A stretch of DNA of 64,000 bases from Candidatus Velthaea sp. (GTDB lineage Bacteria > Vulcanimicrobiota > Vulcanimicrobiia > Vulcanimicrobiales > Vulcanimicrobiaceae): the NCBI GenBank assembly GCA_965214935.1, contig CBDCCS010000001.1, positions 32,001 through 96,000 of the forward strand, written 5' to 3'. The notes beneath the pieces are model-generated. The model had not been told where the DNA came from. It ran no database searches and saw only the letters and a list, made by a program, of their open reading frames with translations. Below, in pieces: positions 21,550-30,057 of this stretch. How positions within the stretch are numbered: position 1 is the first letter of the stretch; the number at the start of each line of letters is the position of its first letter. The position numbers and the translations under genes were made by a program.

Positions 21550-22998
21550 TCAGGCCTTGCGGAGAAGGGAGAACCGGTAGCCGTACGCCGCATACACCCC
21601 GACGCCCAGCGCAAACCAGACGATGAACCGGATCCAGGTCGCCGTTCCCAAACCGGTCATGATAAAGATGCACAGCAACGCGCCCAGCGGTGCAGTGACG
21701 AAAATTAGCGGCGCGCGAAACGGCCGCTTGGCGTGCGGTTTGCGCATTCGCAGAATCAATACACCGGCGCAGACGATTGTAAAAGCCGATAGCGTTCCGA
21801 CGTTGACGAGCGCCAGCAGTGCTTCGATCGGTAGCACACCGGCGAGCAGCGCAACGAGAACGCCGGTCGTAACGGTCGTCGTCACCGGCGTACACGTTTT
21901 CGGATTCAACCGCGCGACGAAGGGCGGCAGCATTCGATCGCGCGCCATGACGTAGAAGATCCGGACCTGACCGAGCAGCGACGTCAGCATGACCGTCGTC
22001 GTGCCGGCGAACGCTCCGGCAAAGACGAGCGCTACTAACCACCGTGCGTTGCCGGCTTGCGTGACGGCAGCCGCCATGCCGGCATTCGGATCGATCGTTT
22101 TCCACGGTACGATGCCGACCGTAACATACGCGATACCGATATACAGCACGAATCCGACCAGCAGCGAGCCGATCACGGCCCGCGGTACGTCACGCGTCGG
22201 ATGGCGCGCTTCTTCCGATGCGATCGTTACCGTGTCGAAACCGATGTAGGCGAAAAAGACCAGTGCCGCGCCGCTGATAACGCCGTTGGCACCGGTCGGG
22301 AAAGCCGGAACGAAGTGCGCCGGTCCGACCGCTCCGAACAAGCCGAGAATGAATACGCCGATGGCGACGACTTGAATGACGACGAAGATCGTATTCATCG
22401 ACGTCGACTCGCGGATGCCGATCGCCAATAGCAACGTAATAACTAAAATAATTGCAATTGCGGGAACGTCGATTTGCGAGTGCACGAGATCGATACGCCC
22501 GAGCGCGACATGGCCGTGCAGCGGGTCGAACGCGAAGCCCTCAGCAACGAGGTGGGCGACCCGCGCCCAATCCGGCAGCGTTATACCGAAGTTCGCAATA
22601 AAGCTTTGAACGTAGCCCGACCATGCCGCCGCGGTCGGCGCAACGCTGATGCCGTATTCGAGGATGAGATCCCAGCCGATGATCCACGCGACGAACTCAC
22701 CGAGCGTGGCATAGGCATACGTGTATGCACTGCCGGCCGCCGGCACCATCGCCGCGAGTTCGGCGTAACACAGCGCTACGAAAATACACGCAAACCCGGA
22801 TAACGCGAACGATACGATGACGCCCGGTCCGGCAACGTTCATTCCCGCGCCGATCGTTGCAAAGATGCCGCCGAGCATCGTGCCGAGCCCGACGCCCATG
22901 AGGCCGGGAACGCCGAGCACCCGGCGCAGCGCCACCGCGCCGGCGGCATGTTCGCGATCGTGTGGTTGGGTTGCGAGCAGTCGCTGCCAAACGGCCAA
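21550..22998 (-). CDS. APC-family amino acid permease (cationic amino acid transporter-like)
   Basis: GTMLGGIF, AGSAYTYAY, WIIGWDLILEY, FFAYIGFD, EEARHP. Confidence 0.92.
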   Translation of the reverse strand: MAVWQRLLATQPHDREHAAGAVALRRVLGVPGLMGVGLGTMLGGIFATIGAGMNVAGPGVIVSFALSGFACIFVALCYAELAAMVPAAGSAYTYAYATLGEFVAWIIGWDLILEYGISVAPTAAAWSGYVQSFIANFGITLPDWARVAHLVAEGFAFDPLHGHVALGRIDLVHSQIDVPAIAIILVITLLLAIGIRESTSMNTIFVVIQVVAIGVFILGLFGAVGPAHFVPAFPTGANGVISGAALVFFAYIGFDTVTIASEEARHPTRDVPRAVIGSLLVGFVLYIGIAYVTVGIVPWKTIDPNAGMAAAVTQAGNARWLVALVFAGAFAGTTTVMLTSLLGQVRIFYVMARDRMLPPFVARLNPKTCTPVTTTVTTGVLVALLAGVLPIEALLALVNVGTLSAFTIVCAGVLILRMRKPHAKRPFRAPLIFVTAPLGALLCIFIMTGLGTATWIRFIVWFALGVGVYAAYGYRFSLLRKA

Positions 22999-23008
22999 CG
23001 TGCAGCGA

Positions 23009-23920
23009 CTAGGCCGGCTGCAGGTTGATGACGCGCGGACGCAGCGCAAGTTCGCTCAACATGCGCGTGTAATCGGCGTCCGTTACATCCGTCCAGGCTT
23101 TACCGAGCAGTGCGATGAGGGCGGCTTCAACGACGTTGGTGCCGAACGAGCGGCCGGCAAAATCCGGCGTCGTGGTGACGAGCGTCGTGATGCCGCGCGA
23201 TTGTAATTCTCCGACGTCACGCGCGGTGAGCGTGTTGGTCAACACCATTTTGCCGTCGAGCCGGGCCGGCATAAATTGCCGCATGAAATGGAAGTCACCC
23301 GCAATGATTTCGGCGTCATCATAATACTCCGGATATTTCGGCTGCGGCGGACGGTCTTGCTTTTTACCGGTCGGATAGAAGAACTGGAACGGTAACTTAC
23401 AAGCATCGGGCAAGTAACGCCGCGCCATCTCCTCGAATTCATCGAGTCCGTGCACGGGCTTATCGAGATCGAGCGCAAAAATAAAATCGCCGAAGATAAC
23501 ATCGGCGCCGGCGGCGACGAGCGCTTGTGCCATGCCGAAGCGATCGAGGGCGCTGACCATCAGTACGCGTTTGTCGGCAAACTTCATGCCGAGTTCGCGT
23601 GCGAGATAACCGATTGCTTCCCGTTCGAGCGTATTTTTAAGGCCGCTGCCGTCGACGACGGGCGTGATTTTCACCGCGTCGAGCAGCCGCAATCCGTCGC
23701 GCAACGCATAGCGTTGCTTGCCGGCATACAAGTAAACGTCGATCCCGCCTAAACCGATTGCATCGACGGTCCCATCGAGCTCTTTGAGTTTGGCCAGCGC
23801 GCGGTCGAGCGAACCATCCATACCGATGCGCTCGATGATGAAGCGCTCGCCCAGCAACTCGATGCGTGCAACATGGTCGCGCGACGCCGAACCGAGCGAA
23901 ACGCTAACGACGTGTTTGAT
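23009..23920 (-). CDS. Conserved protein of unknown function (family I recall being auto-annotated 'quinate 5-dehydrogenase')
   Basis: IKHVVSVSLGSASRD, IERIG.DG, DAIGLGG, VDGSGLKNTLE, GRSFGTNVVEA; no ATG/GTG/TTG ahead of the conserved-looking N-terminus, so an ATC start at 23920 is proposed. Confidence 0.75.
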   Translation of the reverse strand: MKHVVSVSLGSASRDHVARIELLGERFIIERIGMDGSLDRALAKLKELDGTVDAIGLGGIDVYLYAGKQRYALRDGLRLLDAVKITPVVDGSGLKNTLEREAIGYLARELGMKFADKRVLMVSALDRFGMAQALVAAGADVIFGDFIFALDLDKPVHGLDEFEEMARRYLPDACKLPFQFFYPTGKKQDRPPQPKYPEYYDDAEIIAGDFHFMRQFMPARLDGKMVLTNTLTARDVGELQSRGITTLVTTTPDFAGRSFGTNVVEAALIALLGKAWTDVTDADYTRMLSELALRPRVINLQPA

Positions 23921-23932
23921 TGCGGACCTCGT

Positions 23933-25042
23933 TCATGAGGCGACGTTGCGGCGCATCGCGGCAAACGTCCGAACGGCGGTAATTTTCTCGCGGGTAATGG
24001 CCGTGTCGAAGGCGCGCATGTCCGCTAAGGCAAAGCCGTTGCGTTCCGCCATCGCATCGATTTCGCGCACGCGGCCGACGTTGATCCCGCGCCCCAGCGT
24101 ATATGATTCGCAGCGGTTCTCGAGCGCCAAAACGGCGGTTTCGGACATGCATGCGAGAAGCGTTCCGGAGGGAAGATTTAAGTCGAACGCACGATCGGGT
24201 TCGCGCACGCGCATCGCGCGAAGATCGCCGGGTACACGCATGTTACCGCCTTCGATGACGAGCACGTCGGGACGTTCGCTTGCAACGCGCCGGCTGACAT
24301 CATGCGGCAGCGAAAGCTCGCAGACGACCGCTCCGGTGCGCAGATCTTCGGGCTCGATGACGTCGTGCGTCGACGACGTCGCGGTCAGCACGAGATCCGC
24401 AGCGCGCACCGCCGTTCCGATATCGAGGCCGATCGAGATCGAGCAGGGCAGTGCAGGCGCGAGCGTCGCTTGTAATTTGCGCAACCGGGTTTCGTTGCGC
24501 GCAACCATGATCACGTGTTTCACCCGCTCGGCGATCAACTGCACGCACGCCGAGCCGATCGAACCGGTCGCACCGACGACGACGGCAGTCGCACCGGCCG
24601 GCTCGATTCCCATTTCTGCTGCACCGCGAAACAAGCTGCGCACGCCGGCCGCAATCGTTAATGAATTTCCGGTCGTTACCGGAATCGGCGACCGTTCGGC
24701 GAGCGTAATGCCGGCATCTCCGACGACTCCGCTGAACGCACCAAGCCCGGCTATTTCGGCACCGAGCTCCACCCCGATTGCAATCGCACGCAAGATGCGC
24801 GCGTACACATCCTCACGCGGCAATTCCAGCATCTGCTCGGGCAAGAGCGGCGCAGCGACGAACCAGCCTTCGGTCTCGCGGCCGTCCGGGGCGCGAATGC
24901 CGGTTAAATGCGCAGCGGCATACGACGGCATCCATTCGAGTATTTTCGCGACGATCGGACGGCCTTTGCCCGCGGCTCCCGGCTCGTACCGGATGACGTC
25001 GTCGAACGAGACGGGATGAATGACAAAACAAAACTTCGCCAT
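23933..25042 (-). CDS. Long-chain acyl-ACP/acyl-CoA reductase (AAR)-like protein (COG5322-like)
   Basis: FVIHP, LGAFS, TTGNSLT, VVGATGSIG, EGG, LACMSE parallel cyanobacterial AAR motifs LGGFS, TTGNTHT, GATGDIG, FACFAE (catalytic Cys). Confidence 0.75.
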   Translation of the reverse strand: MAKFCFVIHPVSFDDVIRYEPGAAGKGRPIVAKILEWMPSYAAAHLTGIRAPDGRETEGWFVAAPLLPEQMLELPREDVYARILRAIAIGVELGAEIAGLGAFSGVVGDAGITLAERSPIPVTTGNSLTIAAGVRSLFRGAAEMGIEPAGATAVVVGATGSIGSACVQLIAERVKHVIMVARNETRLRKLQATLAPALPCSISIGLDIGTAVRAADLVLTATSSTHDVIEPEDLRTGAVVCELSLPHDVSRRVASERPDVLVIEGGNMRVPGDLRAMRVREPDRAFDLNLPSGTLLACMSETAVLALENRCESYTLGRGINVGRVREIDAMAERNGFALADMRAFDTAITREKITAVRTFAAMRRNVAS

Positions 25043-25137
25043 CGTAGCAATGCTACTTTCGCGCAGCGCGCGCAGCGGCCCCGCGCAGCCCGAGCGCACT
25101 GGAAGGCTAGCCCTTTGCGTCCTTGAAGCGGGCGCGT

Positions 25138-25803
25138 ATGACGAATGAAACGCTTGCCGCTATCTCCGAACTCCAGCGCATCCCGTCACCGGGGCCGGAG
25201 CCGACGGCCCTGGCTTGCGACGGCACCGATATTTGGGTAGCGTCGTCGGAGACCAACCGACTCTACGGTCTGCGCGGCAACACCGGGGCGGTGTTCGAGG
25301 AAGCCGAAGCTCCGGGCATGCCGATCGGCATGGTCGTTACCGGCGACGCGCTGCACATGGTCACGAGCGAAACCGATAACTCGCGCTTCATTCGCCGCTA
25401 CATTTTCGGTCACGGCTTCAAAAGCGAAGCGACGCCGTGCCCCGACGATACCGGATCGTTCCTGGCTTACGACGGCGACAATCTTTTCTTAAGTCAGCGC
25501 TTCAATCAGCGCATCCTCGAACTCGATGGCCAAAATGCGGTCCAACGCACGATTGCCGCGCCGCGCCAAATCTGCGGCATGGCGATCGTCAACGGCCGCT
25601 TCTTCCTCATGACGACCGCGGGTCCGGATGAACCCGACGATTATCGCGTCATTCGGCTCGACGCCCGCAAGTCAGAACCGGAAGCGACGGAAATCGCACG
25701 CGTGCCGTTTCTGGCCCGATCGCTCGCCTGGGACGGAACCAAATTTTGGACCAGCGCGCGCGACGAGAATATGCTTGTTGCATTTAGCGCAACCGGCGTT
25801 TGA
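25138..25803 (+). CDS. Small beta-propeller protein (glutamine cyclotransferase/YncE-like)
   Basis: Repeated blade motifs LACDGTDIW, LAYDGDNLF, LAWDGTKFW. Confidence 0.65.
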   Translation: MTNETLAAISELQRIPSPGPEPTALACDGTDIWVASSETNRLYGLRGNTGAVFEEAEAPGMPIGMVVTGDALHMVTSETDNSRFIRRYIFGHGFKSEATPCPDDTGSFLAYDGDNLFLSQRFNQRILELDGQNAVQRTIAAPRQICGMAIVNGRFFLMTTAGPDEPDDYRVIRLDARKSEPEATEIARVPFLARSLAWDGTKFWTSARDENMLVAFSATGV

Positions 25804-25837
25804 CGCCGTGCAGCGCTGACTTGCCGAACGATTCGTC

Positions 25838-26617
25838 TTAGGGACGACTCGGCGGCGCGCTCTGAGACTCGAGATAGTCGTACACCACACGTAACTCCGG
25901 ATCGCTGAGTCTGCCGACTCGGCGCCACGGCATCGCCGCCGACAGCATCCGATTCGCGGGCGTTTTGCCGCTGCGCATCGCCGTCTGAAAATCGCTGAAC
26001 GTCCAGCTGCCGATGCCGTCATGCGAGATGTTCGGAGCGGCCGGGCCGGACGGCCGGAGCGCGCCCGAGAGCCGTGCGCCATGACAGCTCGTACAGCCGC
26101 CGAGGCTAACGAGATATGCGCCGTCGTCCGACCGGACCGGGCTTCCGCTCGAACTCGCTTGCGGTGCAACGTGCGAATCCCGATCGGACGCTGCCGGAAC
26201 GGCGGTCGCATCGACCGGCGGTAACGTGCGCAAAAAAGCAACGACGTCGTTCAGATCGGCATCGGTCATGATCGCGTACTCGCGGGCCGGCATGATTCGC
26301 AGCGGGCGGCCGTCGGCGCCGATCCCGATGTGAATCGCCCGCCGCAGGTCGGCGTCGCTCAGTGCGGCGATTCCGCCCGAACCGCTCGTGAGATTCGCCG
26401 AGTGTACGCTGCCGCCGGGAACGGCAAACTCACGGCCGCCGGCAAATTGCGTGCCGTGGCAATCCGCACAGCCGGCGATCGCCGTAGCAATATGCGCGCC
26501 GCGCCCGACATCGGGCGCCGAACCGTCTTGCGCGCTCACCCGCGGCACGACGAGCGCGAACGCCGAACTCAGAAGTGCAGTCGCGACGAGCGTACGGCGC
26601 ACCCGGCTTGGCTTCAT
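25838..26617 (-). CDS. Diheme c-type cytochrome
   Basis: Signal peptide; two CxxCH motifs (CADCH, CTSCH), ANLT/PNIS, distal MP ligands. Confidence 0.9.
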   Translation of the reverse strand: MKPSRVRRTLVATALLSSAFALVVPRVSAQDGSAPDVGRGAHIATAIAGCADCHGTQFAGGREFAVPGGSVHSANLTSGSGGIAALSDADLRRAIHIGIGADGRPLRIMPAREYAIMTDADLNDVVAFLRTLPPVDATAVPAASDRDSHVAPQASSSGSPVRSDDGAYLVSLGGCTSCHGARLSGALRPSGPAAPNISHDGIGSWTFSDFQTAMRSGKTPANRMLSAAMPWRRVGRLSDPELRVVYDYLESQSAPPSRP

Positions 26618-26734
26618 ACGGGGGCTCGTTAGTTGCTCGCAGCATTGAGGCCTCCGAGCCTTATCCGCGCAGACACAGACTCTTTCGGCACGAGTATTTT
26701 GCCGTTGTCGTCGTCGTACTGCGCGGCGTGCAGC

Positions 26735-27688
26735 TCAGCGCGAAAGCGCTCCGGCCGGCAACGCGACGTCGCTGCGCCACGGCGGGTCTGCACCTGCGCG
26801 GCTGCAGGTTGCCGCCGACACTCGCGTCGCGAATGCAACGACATCGGCGATCGTTTCCTTTTGCACCGCTGCAAGTTGCGCCGGCGTTCGCACACCGCAA
26901 ACCTCAAAGCCGGCCAGCAGCGCTCCCATGAAGCTGTCGCCGGCTCCGACGGTGTCGACCACGGCGACGCGAATGGCCGGCGATTCAATCGTGCCGCCTT
27001 GCTTGGTATAGGCGGTCGATCCGGCTTCGCCGGCGGTTACGACGACGAGCGATGCACCCTGCGCGAGCCACGCGTGCGCGGCATCCGCCGGTGCTTTATC
27101 CGCTTCGAGCCACCGAAGATCGGCGGTACTGATCTTAATAATATCGGCAACGTCGAAAAACGTTGAGAGCCGGCTGCGATACGCGATTTCTCGACCGGCA
27201 ATCACCGTCGGCCGGACATTCGGATCGAACGCAATGATCCGCCGGCCCTTATTGACTGCGAGCAGTCGCCCAAAATTTGACGCGCCCGGTTCGTCGATCG
27301 GCAAAAAAGCGCCGAACGAAAGGTGCAGTGCCGTTACGTCGGCTGTTAAATCGACGGCAGGTGCCCAAAACTGCGGGCTGCTTCCCGTGTCGTAAAACGC
27401 ATACTGTGCGTCGGCCGCATCGAGTTTAACGAAAGCCAGCAACGTCGGACGATCGAGCCGCATGATGTAACGGCTATCGACCGCGCTTGCCTGCAGCGCA
27501 GTGACGAGCTGCGTCCCGAAAAAATCGGTTGAGATACTGCCGAGGAATCCGGCAGGGACGCCGAGCCGGCCGATGGTTAAGGCAACGTTGAACGGCGAAC
27601 CGCCCGGTCGCGGAACGTACGCTGTCTCGCCGCTTGCCGTGGACGCAGGCACGAAATCGATGAGCGCTTCGCCGCAGGTAACAATCAT
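26735..27688 (-). CDS. PfkB-family carbohydrate kinase (fructokinase-like)
   Basis: GEALID, GGSPFNVA, DPNVRP, VVDTVGAGDSF. Confidence 0.92.
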   Translation of the reverse strand: MIVTCGEALIDFVPASTASGETAYVPRPGGSPFNVALTIGRLGVPAGFLGSISTDFFGTQLVTALQASAVDSRYIMRLDRPTLLAFVKLDAADAQYAFYDTGSSPQFWAPAVDLTADVTALHLSFGAFLPIDEPGASNFGRLLAVNKGRRIIAFDPNVRPTVIAGREIAYRSRLSTFFDVADIIKISTADLRWLEADKAPADAAHAWLAQGASLVVVTAGEAGSTAYTKQGGTIESPAIRVAVVDTVGAGDSFMGALLAGFEVCGVRTPAQLAAVQKETIADVVAFATRVSAATCSRAGADPPWRSDVALPAGALSR

Positions 27689-27888
27689 CGAAACGCTCGT
27701 CGACGTAGCGTCATGATGTTCGTAACGCGCATTCGCTTCCAATCGATCACCGCCCGAATTGCGTCCGGCGCAAGCGGCGTTCCTCTGTAAACGCGCAGAA
27801 CCGCGCGTACATCCACAGAGCATTAATACTCTGCCTCACGGACGTTTTGCCCGTAGGTCAACCGAGCCCTCGGCAAAACCGAAGCAGG

Positions 27889-29610
27889 GTGCTTACCACG
27901 CTCGTGATACCGCCTCGCGAACAACCCACGCCGTCCGCTCTTACCAAGAGAAAACGCCGGCGCCGGGCATTACTGATCGCACCATTCGCGCTCGCCGCGC
28001 TGGCGGTCGCGGGCTGCGGCGGCAGCAACGGCACCCTGCCGCTCCTATCGGGCGGCGCCGGCTCGACGCACACGGCGGCGATCGAAGCGGCACCGGTATT
28101 CGGCGTCAGCGATGCGGTTAGTGGCGCGCGTTCCGTGGCGCCGCTCGCTTTAACCTGGCCCAAAGGTGCGCCGGCCAACGGCGACGTGCTCGTCGCATGC
28201 GTCGAGAGCCAATGGCAAGCAACACCGGTGACCCCGGCCGGCTGGACGTCGCTCTATGCAGCCGGCGCATCGACCTTCGGCACCGCGCTTGTCTACCGCA
28301 TTGCCAACGCCGAACCGGCTACCGTGACGTTCGCGATTCCAACCCCGTATAACATCAGCGCCGCGATGATTCGCGTGAGCGGTGCCGCCGCCGTTGCACC
28401 GCTCTGGTCGCACGCCGCCGTTCGCAATGCCTCAACGTTGAACACCTCCGGTCTCGTACCCAACGCGCTCGGCATGCTGCCCATAGCGTGTTTCGGCGGC
28501 GTGAATGCAACGACGTTTTCCGCCGCCGCCGGCTGGACGCTCGGCGCTGCAAACACCGGGGGCTACGCGACGATGATCGAGCAGCGCCAGACGTTAACTG
28601 CCGATCTGCAAACGCCGGTGAGTGTAGCGGCGTCAGCTGCGGCGAAAAGCGCGAACATCGACGGTTACGGCTTGCTGATCGCAAGCGCCGCACCGGCCAC
28701 ACCGCCACCGTCTGCGCCGCCATCGGCCCTTCATGTTGTCGACGCCGGCAGCGGCTTCGTTTTCAAAGCACCGTTGACGGTGACGTGGCCGAAAGGTCGG
28801 CCCGCCCAAGGCGATCTGCTCGTCGCCTGCGCGGAGAGTCAATGGCAAGCCTTACCGCAGACGCCGTCAGGCTGGACGGCACTGTATGCCGCCAACGCCA
28901 CGTTCGGAACGGCACTCTTCTATAAAATTGCAGGTGCAGCAGAACCGGCGTCCGTCGGATTCGGCATTCCGTCTCCGTATAACATCAGCGCGTCGATCGT
29001 CCGCATCACCGGAGCAGCGGCGTCGGCGCCGCTGTGGTCGCACGCCGCGAACGCCGGTTTAGCGACGCTGGCGAGCCAATCGATCGTGCCGAATGTCCTG
29101 GGAATGTTGCCGCTCGCGTGCTTTGGCGGGGTAAATGCCGGTTCGTACACGACTGCCTCCGGTTGGTCGCTGACGACGCACGATAGCAACGGATACGCAA
29201 CGTCGATCGAACAGCGACAGTCCGACACGAGCGACATCACGAGCCCGATCTCCGTTAGCGCGACGACGTCGAATGGCGCCGCAAGCACGACGAACGACGC
29301 CTTCGGCATCCTTGTAGCGCCGGCCGCAATAACCGCGACCGGCCCGATCGGTCTCGATCCCTCGTCGGTCGCCTTTCAGAGTCCGCAGGCAGCGTCCGTG
29401 ACGGTTGCCGCGACCGAGCCGGGCATCACCGCGTTCAGCGCTTCGGGAACCAGCTGTTCGGGCATCGCGACGCTGGTAACGAACGGCGGCGGGCGATTTA
29501 CCTTGTCGCCGGTGGCAACCGGGTCGTGCAGCTTCACGATTCGTGACGCGAGCGGACACACTGCCGTTCTGCCGGTCAGCACGACCTCAACGGTTGTGAA
29601 CGTTCGCTAA
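27889..29610 (+). CDS. Surface lipoprotein with two tandem ~180-aa domains and a C-terminal Ig-like region
   Basis: Lipobox LAVAGC; internal duplication (TWPKG.PA.GD.LVAC.ESQWQ...TP.GWT.LYAA...WSHAA...VPN.LGMLP.ACFGGVNA); start uncertain. Confidence 0.75.
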   Translation: MLTTLVIPPREQPTPSALTKRKRRRRALLIAPFALAALAVAGCGGSNGTLPLLSGGAGSTHTAAIEAAPVFGVSDAVSGARSVAPLALTWPKGAPANGDVLVACVESQWQATPVTPAGWTSLYAAGASTFGTALVYRIANAEPATVTFAIPTPYNISAAMIRVSGAAAVAPLWSHAAVRNASTLNTSGLVPNALGMLPIACFGGVNATTFSAAAGWTLGAANTGGYATMIEQRQTLTADLQTPVSVAASAAAKSANIDGYGLLIASAAPATPPPSAPPSALHVVDAGSGFVFKAPLTVTWPKGRPAQGDLLVACAESQWQALPQTPSGWTALYAANATFGTALFYKIAGAAEPASVGFGIPSPYNISASIVRITGAAASAPLWSHAANAGLATLASQSIVPNVLGMLPLACFGGVNAGSYTTASGWSLTTHDSNGYATSIEQRQSDTSDITSPISVSATTSNGAASTTNDAFGILVAPAAITATGPIGLDPSSVAFQSPQAASVTVAATEPGITAFSASGTSCSGIATLVTNGGGRFTLSPVATGSCSFTIRDASGHTAVLPVSTTSTVVNVR

Positions 29611-30057
29611 CGGTGCGCGCACGTTGGCTTCAACCTCGCGCTTGAGCGCCGCGAGCATCATCTCAGAATTCTCGCGGATCTTGCGCGCCAACGTCGGCCC
29701 GATGAGCTCCGCGAGCGTCGGTACACCGAAGTCGAATTCGACGCCGAGCGTGACGTGTGTACTGCCGCCGCGCTCGGCAAACGTCCAGGCACCCTCGAAC
29801 GTATCGAGATCGCCCGCGATAAGTTTGTAATCGATGCGCGTGAGCGCATCATCGAACCGGTCTTCTTCCGTCCATTCGATCGGTGCATCCTCAACGAGCG
29901 TTTTCCAGCGCGTCACGATGTAATCGGGATGCCGCTCGAGGACCGTTACGCTTTGCACGTCGGGCATGTACTCGGGAAAGCGCTCTTGGTCTTTCGCGAA
30001 TTCATACACGTCGCGCGCCGGAGCGTCGATGGTGATCGCGATCTCAACGTACGCCAC
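29587..30057 (-). CDS. SRPBCC/START (polyketide cyclase/Coq10-like) ligand-binding protein
   Basis: I.AP...VY....D.E.FPEYMPDV, GD...FEGAW.F; start overlaps the aminotransferase stop. Confidence 0.88.
   Translation of the reverse strand: MAYVEIAITIDAPARDVYEFAKDQERFPEYMPDVQSVTVLERHPDYIVTRWKTLVEDAPIEWTEEDRFDDALTRIDYKLIAGDLDTFEGAWTFAERGGSTHVTLGVEFDFGVPTLAELIGPTLARKIRENSEMMLAALKREVEANVRAPLANVHNR

Noticed and set aside
23933..23935. Selenocysteine recoding of the in-frame TGA
   Set aside because: Falls in an inter-domain position rather than at a catalytic Cys, and I see no convincing SECIS hairpin; generic readthrough is kept only as an alternative
23784..25019. Long antisense ORFs (this 411-aa one, also 57400..58428, 55437..56408, 19298..20176)
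   Set aside because: Shadow frames of well-supported genes in high-GC DNA, with no motifs of their own
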